From an uncultured Fibrobacterota bacterium (lineage in GTDB: Bacteria; Fibrobacterota; OXYB2-FULL-49-7; JAEUSG01), in assembly GCA_964590225.1 (NCBI GenBank), contig CAZPWS010000003.1, positions 75,899 to 139,898 on the forward strand: a stretch of 64,000 nt of DNA, read 5' to 3'. The notes beneath the pieces were generated by a model that made no database searches, was not told the origin of the DNA, and saw only the letters and a program-made list of their open reading frames with translations. This document shows, piece after piece, positions 37,227 to 46,334 of the stretch (position 1 is its first letter; the number at the start of each line of letters is the position of its first letter). Position numbers and translations under genes: made by a program.

Positions 37227-38264
37227 TTGATTATGCCTTTCAGAATTTTGGACATAACGGATTTTGATTATTCCCTGCCGGAAGAACTTATTGCGCAGTT
37301 TCCGGCGGAGCCGAGAGATTCTGCTCGCCTCTGTGTATGGAATCAGGGCAAAATAGAACACCGAGTTTTTAGCGATATAGTTGGTTATTTTCGCGAAGGT
37401 GATTGTCTTGTAGTCAATAATACAGAGGTTATTCCGGCTCGTTTAATCGGCTCTCGAGAGAGTGGCGGTAAAGTTGAGGTTTTTTTGCTTGAAGAGGGTG
37501 AAAATAATGAGTGGATAGCCATAGGTAAACCAGGCAGGGCACTGCGAAAGGGAGAGAAAATATTCTTTAATCCTCCTATTCGCGCTGAGGTTGTTGCTGT
37601 GCCCGGTGATGATGCTACGAGGATTATCCGTTTTTCGCATCCCGCTAAAGAACTATTTGAAATAGGAAAGATTCCCCTGCCTCCCTACATTAAACGGGAT
37701 GCTAATGAATCGGATACAATGCGCTATCAAACAGTTTTTGCGAAATCGAAAGGGGCTGTTGCCGCTCCTACAGCCGGACTTCATTTTACAGATACTCTTT
37801 TGACGGAGCTAAAGAAAAAGGGTGTTTCCATAGTTGAAATTACTTTGCATGTTGGGCTTGGAACATTTAAACCCGTTACCCATATAGATGCCAAAACACA
37901 TAAAGTTGACAAAGAATCGTATTGTATAAGTGATGAGGCGGTCGCTGTAATTAATAAAGTAAGGAGGGATGGCGGAAAAATTTTTGCTTCAGGTACAACT
38001 GTCGCTAAGGCTCTTGAAACGGTAGCAGAACGGGGGATGCCTTTAATCTCGGTGGCTGGAAAATCGGGTTTGTATATATATCCTCCTTATAAGTTTAAGG
38101 TTGTTGATGCCTTAATAACAAACTTTCATGTACCGCGATCAACACTTATGCTTCTTGTTTCTGCATTTATTGGAAGAGAGAATATTTTAAACCTTTATAC
38201 AGAAGCTGTTAACCGCCAGTACCGCTTTTTAAGCTACGGTGATGCGACATTATTAATACCCTAA
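37227..38264 (+). CDS. queA: S-adenosylmethionine:tRNA ribosyltransferase-isomerase
   Basis: Collinear with E. coli QueA: DFDYSLPEELIAQFP, VIPARL, PTAGLHFT, VDALITNFHVPRSTLMLLVSAF and YRFLSYGDA. Confidence 0.93.
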   Translation: MIMPFRILDITDFDYSLPEELIAQFPAEPRDSARLCVWNQGKIEHRVFSDIVGYFREGDCLVVNNTEVIPARLIGSRESGGKVEVFLLEEGENNEWIAIGKPGRALRKGEKIFFNPPIRAEVVAVPGDDATRIIRFSHPAKELFEIGKIPLPPYIKRDANESDTMRYQTVFAKSKGAVAAPTAGLHFTDTLLTELKKKGVSIVEITLHVGLGTFKPVTHIDAKTHKVDKESYCISDEAVAVINKVRRDGGKIFASGTTVAKALETVAERGMPLISVAGKSGLYIYPPYKFKVVDALITNFHVPRSTLMLLVSAFIGRENILNLYTEAVNRQYRFLSYGDATLLIP

Positions 38265-38266
38265 AA

Positions 38267-40117
38267 ATGACAAAAGAGAAAACACTAAACGATTATCTTC
38301 ATTCGCTGCCCAAACCGCTATTGGCGTCTATCACGGACGAAAAAGAGGGCAATGGCATTGTATCTGTTTCGCAGGTTATTTCTAAGGCGCATGCCATGCT
38401 CACAGAACCTGCACGCATTCTTTCTATTTACGACGCGCTTTCAGAAGTGTCGAGAACCATTTTTCGCTTTCTTATTTATCAGGGTGGTGCAGGGGCCGAT
38501 CCGCTGCGCATTGCGTCTGCGACAGGATTGGCTAGTGCTAAAGAAATTGAGGGTGAGATTGAAGGGCTTCAGAGCAGATTGTTGATTTGTGCCATAAAGT
38601 CAACGCCATGCCGTTACTTTGTTTTTAGAGAGGTGCGGACAGTTCTGTTGCCATTGCTTTTGAATAGATGGGGCTCCACGCTTAAATGTAGGGAGGTTAA
38701 ATCGCTTGAGGCGGGAAACGGGGATGGCTTTCTCTTTTACAGAGATTTTATGGTTTTTCTGTCTAAACTTTACAGTCTGGGACTTAGGAAAACAAGAGGC
38801 GGCTCCTTTAATCGAAAGCAGCTTGGCGAGTGGCTCGGGCTTTTTGGACGAAATGATAATAGCGCTCCGGAGGAAGGGATGCCGGAACGAATGAAGCTAA
38901 TGTTACGGGTAGCCACTGAAATGGAGCTTGTCTTTGAGAGCGATTCGGAACTCGCGCTTTCGGAAGAAGGTTTGGAGTATCTCGATAAAAGTTCACAGGA
39001 ACAGGCAACCCTTCTTTATTCAAAGATTGTGGAAATGTATAACAGCGATAAAATTTTTATTCTGTTGCAAACCTGTTTACAGCTCTCCGCAGTTTACTTT
39101 ACTAAAGATGATTTGCAAAAGTTTATTGCAGATAATGGAGAGTTTTTAAAGTTAATGCAAACGGTTGGTTTTATTGATGACGGATGCAGAGTAACAACTG
39201 TGGGAAAGGCCCTTTACGAAAAACAGCCACTAATGCCTGATTATGCTGAATCGTTGACAGTTTTGCCAAATTTTGAGGTGATAGCTCCCCGCATTCTCCG
39301 TCCTTCAATTATGAAAAGTCTTTTTGTCTGCTGCGAGGAAATAAGCAGCGATTCATTTATCACTTTCAAACTAACGAAGGAATCGCTTTATTCAGGTTAT
39401 GAGATGGGGGTGGAGCCCCATGTGTTCATTGAGACCCTTGAAAAAGCCACAAAGGGTGCATTGCCGCAGAATATTAAATTTTCCATTCTTGAGTGGTCTG
39501 CTTCGTGGGGTGCTGTTTCGTTCGAAATGCGATTTATTCTAAGGGTAAAAAAAGAGGATATTTACAGGAAAATCAGAGAGTTTCTCACAAGCAGCAATTA
39601 TTCTTTTGAGGATATGCCTAACTTTGGCTTTTCGATTTGTGCGTCCGACTACAAGGAACTTTTCGATGTGCTTGTAAAGCTTGGATATAATCCTAAACCG
39701 TATTCGGGGCTACCTGAGGGGGCAAAGGGCAGAAGCCGGCTACTGCCTTTCGCGTCGGGTAGGAATAAAACAAGGAAGCGCCGTGCGCCAGATTTTAACG
39801 ATTCGCCGGATGAGGAGTTTTTGTTACCTTCAACAAGTGATAGGTTGTTTAGCACTACTCGCACGGCAGGAAGTGGAAAGTATGGCGGAAGAATGGAGAA
39901 TCTTCCATTTAATGAGCTTGTTCATATCGTGAACTATGCTATTCTTATGGAGTTTGGAATAGATTTGGCATTTAAAAGTGGTAGTGAAATCCGCCTTTTG
40001 CCACGAGAGTTGCGCCTGTATTTATCGGCTCCAAAGGTTGTCGGTCTTTGTCCGCATTCCGGAAAAAACATTGAAGTGGCCATTGAAGATATCCATTCAA
40101 TAAGGGTTAGGGAGTAA
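38267..40117 (+). CDS. Hypothetical protein (616 aa), tightly coupled between queA and dnaE
   Basis: Long ORF with a 2-nt gap after queA and a 3-nt gap before dnaE. No nucleotide-binding or other recognisable motif was found by eye. It is largely alpha-helical with a basic region (RNKTRKRRAPDFNDSPDEE). Confidence 0.6.
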   Translation: MTKEKTLNDYLHSLPKPLLASITDEKEGNGIVSVSQVISKAHAMLTEPARILSIYDALSEVSRTIFRFLIYQGGAGADPLRIASATGLASAKEIEGEIEGLQSRLLICAIKSTPCRYFVFREVRTVLLPLLLNRWGSTLKCREVKSLEAGNGDGFLFYRDFMVFLSKLYSLGLRKTRGGSFNRKQLGEWLGLFGRNDNSAPEEGMPERMKLMLRVATEMELVFESDSELALSEEGLEYLDKSSQEQATLLYSKIVEMYNSDKIFILLQTCLQLSAVYFTKDDLQKFIADNGEFLKLMQTVGFIDDGCRVTTVGKALYEKQPLMPDYAESLTVLPNFEVIAPRILRPSIMKSLFVCCEEISSDSFITFKLTKESLYSGYEMGVEPHVFIETLEKATKGALPQNIKFSILEWSASWGAVSFEMRFILRVKKEDIYRKIREFLTSSNYSFEDMPNFGFSICASDYKELFDVLVKLGYNPKPYSGLPEGAKGRSRLLPFASGRNKTRKRRAPDFNDSPDEEFLLPSTSDRLFSTTRTAGSGKYGGRMENLPFNELVHIVNYAILMEFGIDLAFKSGSEIRLLPRELRLYLSAPKVVGLCPHSGKNIEVAIEDIHSIRVRE

Positions 40118-40120
40118 GCT

Positions 40121-43100
40121 ATGTCCATTGTTCCCTTTGTTCACCTTCACAACCATACCGATTGCAGTTTTCTTGATGGTGCGATCAAAATAAAAGCGCT
40201 TGTTAATGCTGCGAGAGAGGCTAAGATGGCCGCAGTAGCCATTACCGACCACGGCAGCCTTTTTGGACTAATTGAGTTTTACAGGGAGGCGCTCAAAGCG
40301 GGAGTTAAGCCTATATTGGGATATGAAGCTTATGTTTCACCAGGTAGCCGATTAGACAGGAACTATACCCAAAGCGACAGAAAATATGATCACCTGATAC
40401 TGCTTGCAAAGAATAACGAAGGGTATCATAATCTGCTTAAGCTTGGCACAATCGCTTACACAGAAGGATTTTACCACAGACCGCGGATTGATAAAGAGGT
40501 ACTAAAACGGCACTCGAGCGGTTTGATTTGTCTTTCGGCATGCATTCAGGGCGAGATTCCTGCGGCTATTATACGAAAAGATGAGGACACAGCCCGAAAA
40601 GCACTGGAAGAATTTATTAGCATTTTTGGCAAGGAAAGATTTTACCTTGAGTTGCAGGATCATGGTATCGACGAGGAAATTATAGCAAACGAAGGGCTTA
40701 TCCGTCTGTCTCGTGAATACGGCATTGGACTTGTTGCAACTAACGACTGCCATTATCTTAAGGAAGGTGACCACGAAGCCCACGAGGCTCTTATGTGCAT
40801 ACAGACCGGAAAACACCTCAGCGACACTAACCGCATGACCTTTTCTACAACACAGCTTTACTTCAAGTCGTTCGAGGAGATGAAAAAAAAATTCCCGGAT
40901 GTGCCTGACGCACTTGCTAATACGGTAAAGATCGCCGAAGAATGTAGTGTCGATCTTTCTCTTGATAAAAATCTTTATTGGCCCAAAGCGCCAAAGGAAG
41001 AGGGCTTTGCCGATGACGACGAATATCTCAAACATCTGTCTCTAAAAGGTATTGGCCATCGTTTTGCAGGTTCAACAGATGACGAAAAGCAAGAGATAGA
41101 GACCTTGGCCGATTATGAACTTTCTGTAATGAAAAAAATGAAGGTTGCCGGCTATATGTTAATAGTCCGCGACTTTATTGAAGCAGCGCGAGCAATGGGT
41201 ATCCCTGTAGGACCAGGACGGGGTTCCTGCGTGGGAAGCATAGTATCGTATCTGATAGGGATTACCGATGTTAATCCGCTTAAACATCAACTGCTGTTTG
41301 AGAGATTCTTGAATCCGGAACGGGTATCGATGCCCGATATTGATATTGATTTTTCGGATAGAGATAGGGCTAAGGTAATTCAGTATGTAATTAACAAATA
41401 TGGACAATCATGCGTTTGCCAGATAGGTACTCTTGGGAGCATGAACGCAAAAGCAGTTATTCGGGATGTCGCGCGGGTAATGGAAATACCTTTAAGTGAA
41501 GTTAATAGCGTGGCTAAACTAATACCCGATGGCCCTAAAGTTACCCTGACTAAATCTATTGATGCAAGCGCTGAGTTGAGTTCCTTTTTTGAGCAGTCGG
41601 AACTTTACAGAAAGTGGCTTAAGATTTCCATTACACTTGAGGGACTAAAAAGGCAGCCAGGCGTTCATGCAGCAGGTGTAATAATAGCGCACGAGGATGT
41701 ATCAAATTATTCACCGCTTTATACTCAGAAGGATTCTTCCCTTCTTGTAACACAATATGACAAAAATAATGTAGAGTCTGTTGGCCTCCTTAAAATGGAC
41801 TTTTTAGGGCTACGAAACCTCTCTGTTATTCAGGATGCAATTACGGAAGTAGAAAAAAACCATGGAGTAAAAATATCATTTGATGGAGCCGAACTTAACG
41901 ATGAGTTAACATATCAACTTTTTTCAAAGGGCGAAACTGTCGGTGTTTTTCAGTTTGAATCGGGCGGTATGCAGGAGTATCTGCGTAAGCTAAAACCCAA
42001 CAATATTGAGGATATCATTGCGATGAATGCCTTGTACAGGCCGGGTCCAATGGAAAACATACCATCCTATATTGAAAGGAAGCATGGCAAGGAAAAGGTT
42101 GATTATTATCACGACGATCTTAGCAAGTGCTTGAAGGATACATATGGCATAATTGTGTATCAGGAACAGGTAATGCAAATAGCCCAGATAATTGGAGGAT
42201 TTACACTAGGTAAAGCTGATATTTTGCGTCGGGCAATGGGAAAAAAGAAGGCCGAAGAGATGGCTAAAATGCGTGCAGAATTTTTAGCCGGCGCTAAATC
42301 GAAAAAGTACCACGAAGAGCTTGCCAACACTATCTTTGACCTTTTGGCTAAATTTGCTGAATATGGGTTTAATAAGTCTCATGCTGCTGCATACTCCTAC
42401 GTGGCATACCAGACTGCTTACCTGAAGGCGCATTATCCTGCCGAATTTATGGCCGCAAACCTCACCTCGGAACTTGATAATACCGATAGGGTCGTTGTGC
42501 TCATGAACGATTGCCGCAGGCTGAATTTACAGGTTGTTCCACCGGATATAAATCGCAGCTATGTAAATTTCAGAGCGACAAAGGATGGAATACTTTTTGG
42601 TCTTGGCGCCATTAAAGGGGTGGGGGTGGGAGCTGTAGAGCACATAATTGCCGAACGGGAAAAAAAAGGGGCATTTTATTCGATATTCAATTTTTGTAAA
42701 CGGGTTGATATGCATGTGGTTAACAAGCGTGTTTTGGAGGCTCTTATTGTTGCAGGAGCCTTTGACAAACTTAAAGGAAACAGAGGACAGCTTCTCGCGG
42801 CTATACCAACTGCGCTCGATTTTGGTTCCTCTTTCCAAAAAGATAGAGATGCCGGTCAGGTGTCAATGTTTGGCAGTGGAGATGAAGGTGGGGCGCTTGA
42901 GTTGCCGGAACCTCAGCTTCCTGATGCCGATCCCATTTCATATTCAGATCTACTTAAACGGGAAAAAGAGACGCTTGGTTTTTACATGACAGGCCACCCC
43001 TTAAAAGATTACGAGGACGAAATAAAGAGTTTCTCAACCCTGCACCTTGATACAGAAGGAATCAAGTTGCATTCCCACGATGAAAAAGGGGTTGTAGGCG

Positions 43101-43588
43101 GAATTGTTGTTGGTGTAAGGCGGCATATCGATAAAAAGGGTAACCCAATGGTCTTTTTCCAGATGGAAGGCTTCCATGGCCGGACGGAAGTAATTGTATT
43201 CTCTGCGGTTTACGCTACGGTTTCGCACCTTATAGTTGAAGATAGTGCGATTATGGTAAGCGGTAAGCTCGATAAGTCAAACGAAAATCTCCCTAAAATA
43301 ATAGCGGATAAGGTTATTTCGGCGCGTGAAGCCCGCGAAAAACTGACTCGGTCTGTTCATGTTAGGGTGGAAACACTTGGTTTGGAACAGGCGCAGCTTG
43401 ACAACTTGAAGAAATTATGCGCCGACCATTCTGGCCCCTGTTCGCTTATACTGCACATGGTAGCCCAAAATGGCGATGACCATACCATAAGAGCGGGCAA
43501 AATAAAGGTTTCTCACTCGTCGGAATTTATCTTGCGTGTAAGAGATATTGTGGGACACGACAATGTTTGGCTCGGCAGAAATTATTAG
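40121..43588 (+). CDS. dnaE: DNA polymerase III alpha subunit
   Basis: 1155 aa with an N-terminal PHP domain (FVHLHNHTDCSFLDGA), the polymerase core, HhH and an OB-fold. This is the typical DnaE1 architecture. Confidence 0.97.
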   Translation: MSIVPFVHLHNHTDCSFLDGAIKIKALVNAAREAKMAAVAITDHGSLFGLIEFYREALKAGVKPILGYEAYVSPGSRLDRNYTQSDRKYDHLILLAKNNEGYHNLLKLGTIAYTEGFYHRPRIDKEVLKRHSSGLICLSACIQGEIPAAIIRKDEDTARKALEEFISIFGKERFYLELQDHGIDEEIIANEGLIRLSREYGIGLVATNDCHYLKEGDHEAHEALMCIQTGKHLSDTNRMTFSTTQLYFKSFEEMKKKFPDVPDALANTVKIAEECSVDLSLDKNLYWPKAPKEEGFADDDEYLKHLSLKGIGHRFAGSTDDEKQEIETLADYELSVMKKMKVAGYMLIVRDFIEAARAMGIPVGPGRGSCVGSIVSYLIGITDVNPLKHQLLFERFLNPERVSMPDIDIDFSDRDRAKVIQYVINKYGQSCVCQIGTLGSMNAKAVIRDVARVMEIPLSEVNSVAKLIPDGPKVTLTKSIDASAELSSFFEQSELYRKWLKISITLEGLKRQPGVHAAGVIIAHEDVSNYSPLYTQKDSSLLVTQYDKNNVESVGLLKMDFLGLRNLSVIQDAITEVEKNHGVKISFDGAELNDELTYQLFSKGETVGVFQFESGGMQEYLRKLKPNNIEDIIAMNALYRPGPMENIPSYIERKHGKEKVDYYHDDLSKCLKDTYGIIVYQEQVMQIAQIIGGFTLGKADILRRAMGKKKAEEMAKMRAEFLAGAKSKKYHEELANTIFDLLAKFAEYGFNKSHAAAYSYVAYQTAYLKAHYPAEFMAANLTSELDNTDRVVVLMNDCRRLNLQVVPPDINRSYVNFRATKDGILFGLGAIKGVGVGAVEHIIAEREKKGAFYSIFNFCKRVDMHVVNKRVLEALIVAGAFDKLKGNRGQLLAAIPTALDFGSSFQKDRDAGQVSMFGSGDEGGALELPEPQLPDADPISYSDLLKREKETLGFYMTGHPLKDYEDEIKSFSTLHLDTEGIKLHSHDEKGVVGGIVVGVRRHIDKKGNPMVFFQMEGFHGRTEVIVFSAVYATVSHLIVEDSAIMVSGKLDKSNENLPKIIADKVISAREAREKLTRSVHVRVETLGLEQAQLDNLKKLCADHSGPCSLILHMVAQNGDDHTIRAGKIKVSHSSEFILRVRDIVGHDNVWLGRNY

Positions 43589-43591
43589 GCT

Positions 43592-44659
43592 CTATTGCCT
43601 GAATAATTCCTGCCCTTCGGGTGGACTTTTATATCCAAACAGTTGCCTGATAGTTCGCCTCATATGTCTAATAAACAATTTCACTGACGGGCAATTTCCA
43701 TTTACTTCATGCATTGGTGGTTTTATAATATCAATATGGGGAAAAACTGTTCGAAACAATTTAAATATTGGTCGCTTTACTGTTACTAATACCGCCCAAT
43801 AAGCGTCGTTTGGAGCCTTGGCCTTAAGTGCCGCCTTTTTTATCGATTTTTGCACTTTTGCAGTAATTGCGGGAAGAGGGATAAGCGATAGCGGCGAAAA
43901 ACCGTATCTGTTTTCCATGCGTATATGACAAAAATGGAGTAGAAAGGCGGCGTCGGTAAATTGAACAATATTCTGCCAGTTAGAAAGATTTATTTTTGCG
44001 ACAAGCTGATACAGATCAGCAAACGGAACCACTCTACTCATATCGTCAAACGCTTGAAGGCATGAGATAATTATGTAGTCCTCATTTGTCAGGTATGGTG
44101 TAGCCATCTTTTTTATCAAACCGTAGCGTTCTAATCCAAAAAAGAGCTCATATTTGTAAGAAACAAGACGGGTGTGAATTTCGTAATAAAAAGGTTTTTT
44201 AAAATATTGCAGATGATAATGGTTTCCCCAGCATGGTTTGTATTGGTTTTGGACAAGTAACTTATGTATTAACTCGGCTTGGTCCTTTTCTATCATAATA
44301 TCGATGTCTGCTTGGGGGCGCAAGTCAGGATAGGGGTGGACTTCCGCGAGAACGGCCCCTTTGTATGGAAAGAGAGATATCCCATTTTGTTGAGCAATGT
44401 AGAAAATGTGCTTCTCCGCTTCACGAATTAGCACATTCCGTGCTACTGTTTGATATATGATGGTGCGCAGGTTTTCTGAAAGTTCAATTTTGCCATAATC
44501 AGCCAGCAGCTGGCATATTATTGGTACTAAGGGATGCCGTTTGTTTCGTTGGTCAGATAAATATGATAGAGCCGTATTTGTATCAAAGTTTAAATGCGCC
44601 GATTCTGTCACAATTGACAGTATAAATGCATTGTAATCTGGACGAATGACCATTGACAT
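43592..44659 (-). CDS. Nucleotidyltransferase-fold family protein (uncharacterised NTase, NTP_transf_5-like)
   Basis: A candidate minimal NTase motif (YKGAVLAEV...DLRPQADIDIMI) of the GS-x(n)-DxD type. It is 355 aa, lies convergent to dnaE and has no paired partner. Confidence 0.45.
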   Translation of the reverse strand: MSMVIRPDYNAFILSIVTESAHLNFDTNTALSYLSDQRNKRHPLVPIICQLLADYGKIELSENLRTIIYQTVARNVLIREAEKHIFYIAQQNGISLFPYKGAVLAEVHPYPDLRPQADIDIMIEKDQAELIHKLLVQNQYKPCWGNHYHLQYFKKPFYYEIHTRLVSYKYELFFGLERYGLIKKMATPYLTNEDYIIISCLQAFDDMSRVVPFADLYQLVAKINLSNWQNIVQFTDAAFLLHFCHIRMENRYGFSPLSLIPLPAITAKVQKSIKKAALKAKAPNDAYWAVLVTVKRPIFKLFRTVFPHIDIIKPPMHEVNGNCPSVKLFIRHMRRTIRQLFGYKSPPEGQELFRQ

Positions 44660-44715
44660 AAATTCTAATATACAAATAGAGCGTTAATCAATTTAAGAAA
44701 TTATCTTTCAATAGT

Positions 44716-45939
44716 ATGCCAGTAAATGATAAGGACAATAAGGAAAGGTTAAGAATTCCTGTTTCAATGCTGAAAGTTGGAATGTTTGTTGAGGATGTCT
44801 TCAGCGAAAAGGGTGTTCTTTTGCTTTCTGAAGGTAAGGCAATAAGCTCTAATCAACAGATCGAAAAGCTGATGAGTAGGGGGGTGTCTCAGGTTGTTGT
44901 AAACAGAGAAAAAAGTTCTGTAAAACCAGTATTGCCATCAGATAGCGCCTCTTCTGCAAATATCGTCGATCGGTCAAGCAGGGAAGTAGCCTATTATACC
45001 GAGTTACCAAAAGCAAAAGAGGTTCACGAGACCACTTTTGAATGTGCACGAAAAATTTTATCTTCAATCAGGAACCGAAACGAATTTAGCGTTCGTTCTG
45101 TCAATGATGCTGCAATAAGCATAGCCGAAAGTGTCACAAGAAATCCTGATGCGCTTGTTAGCCTTACCCAAATCAAAGGTTATGACGAATATACTTATGT
45201 TCATTCAGTAAATGTTGGCATTCTAATGACGGCACTTGCACAGGAATTTGGCTATAAGGGCGATGTGCTTGTTGAGTTTAGCGTTGGCGGGCTTCTTCAT
45301 GACATAGGTAAAATGTTGGTGCCCGACTCTATTCTTAATAAACCGGGCAAACTTACAGACGCAGAATTCTCGGTTATGAAACGGCATCCCGAATTTGGGC
45401 TTGAACTTTTATCAACGAAAGTTATTCACGACATATCACGGAAGGCAGTGGGTCAGCACCACGAAAGGCTAAATGGCAACGGTTATCCGCTTGGTGTGGC
45501 TGGCAGCCGGATACATGAGGCAGGACTTATTTGCGCTGTTGCAGATGTATTCGATGCACTAACTTCCGACAGAGTATATAAAGAAGCATGGACACCACAA
45601 AAGGCTCTTGCAACCATTTTTCAAGGCTGTGATTCCGACTTTTCGCGGAAATATGTTGAGAAATTCACTCGCAATATGGGAATATATCCGGTTGGCAGTT
45701 TTGTTAAGCTTAATTCAGGTGAGCTTGCGGTTGTTGTTCGTACCGATCCCGGCAAACTGCTTTCTCCCTCAATTTTAATACTTGTAAATGAAAATGGTGT
45801 AAAACTTGAATCGCCTATATCCTTTGATCTTGCCGGTCAAGCCGGTAGGCAGGAAGGTGAGGAGAAAAAAATAGTTATGTCTCTTTCGCCTAAGCCTTAT
45901 GGTATTGCTGTTGCAGATTATATAGGAAAACACCCATGA
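44716..45939 (+). CDS. HD-GYP domain phosphohydrolase (likely c-di-GMP phosphodiesterase) with an N-terminal unknown domain
   Basis: HD motif (GGLLHDIGK), HHERLNGNGYPLG (GYP signature), and the conserved HD-GYP metal-ligand spacing. Confidence 0.85.
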   Translation: MPVNDKDNKERLRIPVSMLKVGMFVEDVFSEKGVLLLSEGKAISSNQQIEKLMSRGVSQVVVNREKSSVKPVLPSDSASSANIVDRSSREVAYYTELPKAKEVHETTFECARKILSSIRNRNEFSVRSVNDAAISIAESVTRNPDALVSLTQIKGYDEYTYVHSVNVGILMTALAQEFGYKGDVLVEFSVGGLLHDIGKMLVPDSILNKPGKLTDAEFSVMKRHPEFGLELLSTKVIHDISRKAVGQHHERLNGNGYPLGVAGSRIHEAGLICAVADVFDALTSDRVYKEAWTPQKALATIFQGCDSDFSRKYVEKFTRNMGIYPVGSFVKLNSGELAVVVRTDPGKLLSPSILILVNENGVKLESPISFDLAGQAGRQEGEEKKIVMSLSPKPYGIAVADYIGKHP

Positions 45940-46322
45940 AAATATTTGATAAAATTAAAGCTCTTTTTTCTTTCCGTAAGCCTTTTTTTTATTGTCCGTC
46001 GTGTGGGGCATATTCCGAAAAAAATGGAGATTGTACCGATTGCATGGTTCCTATGTTGCCTTTACAAAAATCTAATGCCAAGCCTGAATATATAAAGATG
46101 GTGCCTATATATAAGCCGACTGGATTTGCGCAACTCGCTGTTGCAAAGTCCATATTAGAAGAAGCAGGTATTGCATATTTTGTTAAGAATGAAGCCTCAC
46201 AGAATCTATTTGGAGTTGGCCTGTCTGGTATAGGTTTTAATATTGCGGCAGGAGAAATGGTTATACAAGTTGACGAAAAACGGGCAGAGGAGGCGCTTCT
46301 GTTGCTACAGCAACTTGAATAG
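45936..46322 (+). CDS. Small protein with an N-terminal zinc ribbon (CPSCG...CTDC) and a DUF2007-like (putative signal-transducing) domain
   Basis: A CxxC-x11-CxxC cluster and a C-terminal region (GFAQLAVAKSILEEAGIAYFVKNE...) resembling DUF2007. Its start overlaps the HD-GYP stop (ATGA). Confidence 0.5.
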   Translation: MKIFDKIKALFSFRKPFFYCPSCGAYSEKNGDCTDCMVPMLPLQKSNAKPEYIKMVPIYKPTGFAQLAVAKSILEEAGIAYFVKNEASQNLFGVGLSGIGFNIAAGEMVIQVDEKRAEEALLLLQQLE

Positions 46323-46334
46323 GCTCTTTATCAG

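Noticed and set aside
40502-41035. 177-aa minus-strand ORF inside dnaE, and a 155-aa minus-strand ORF inside dnaJ (3429-3896)
   Set aside because: They are antisense to highly conserved genes, with no independent signals, so they are spurious.
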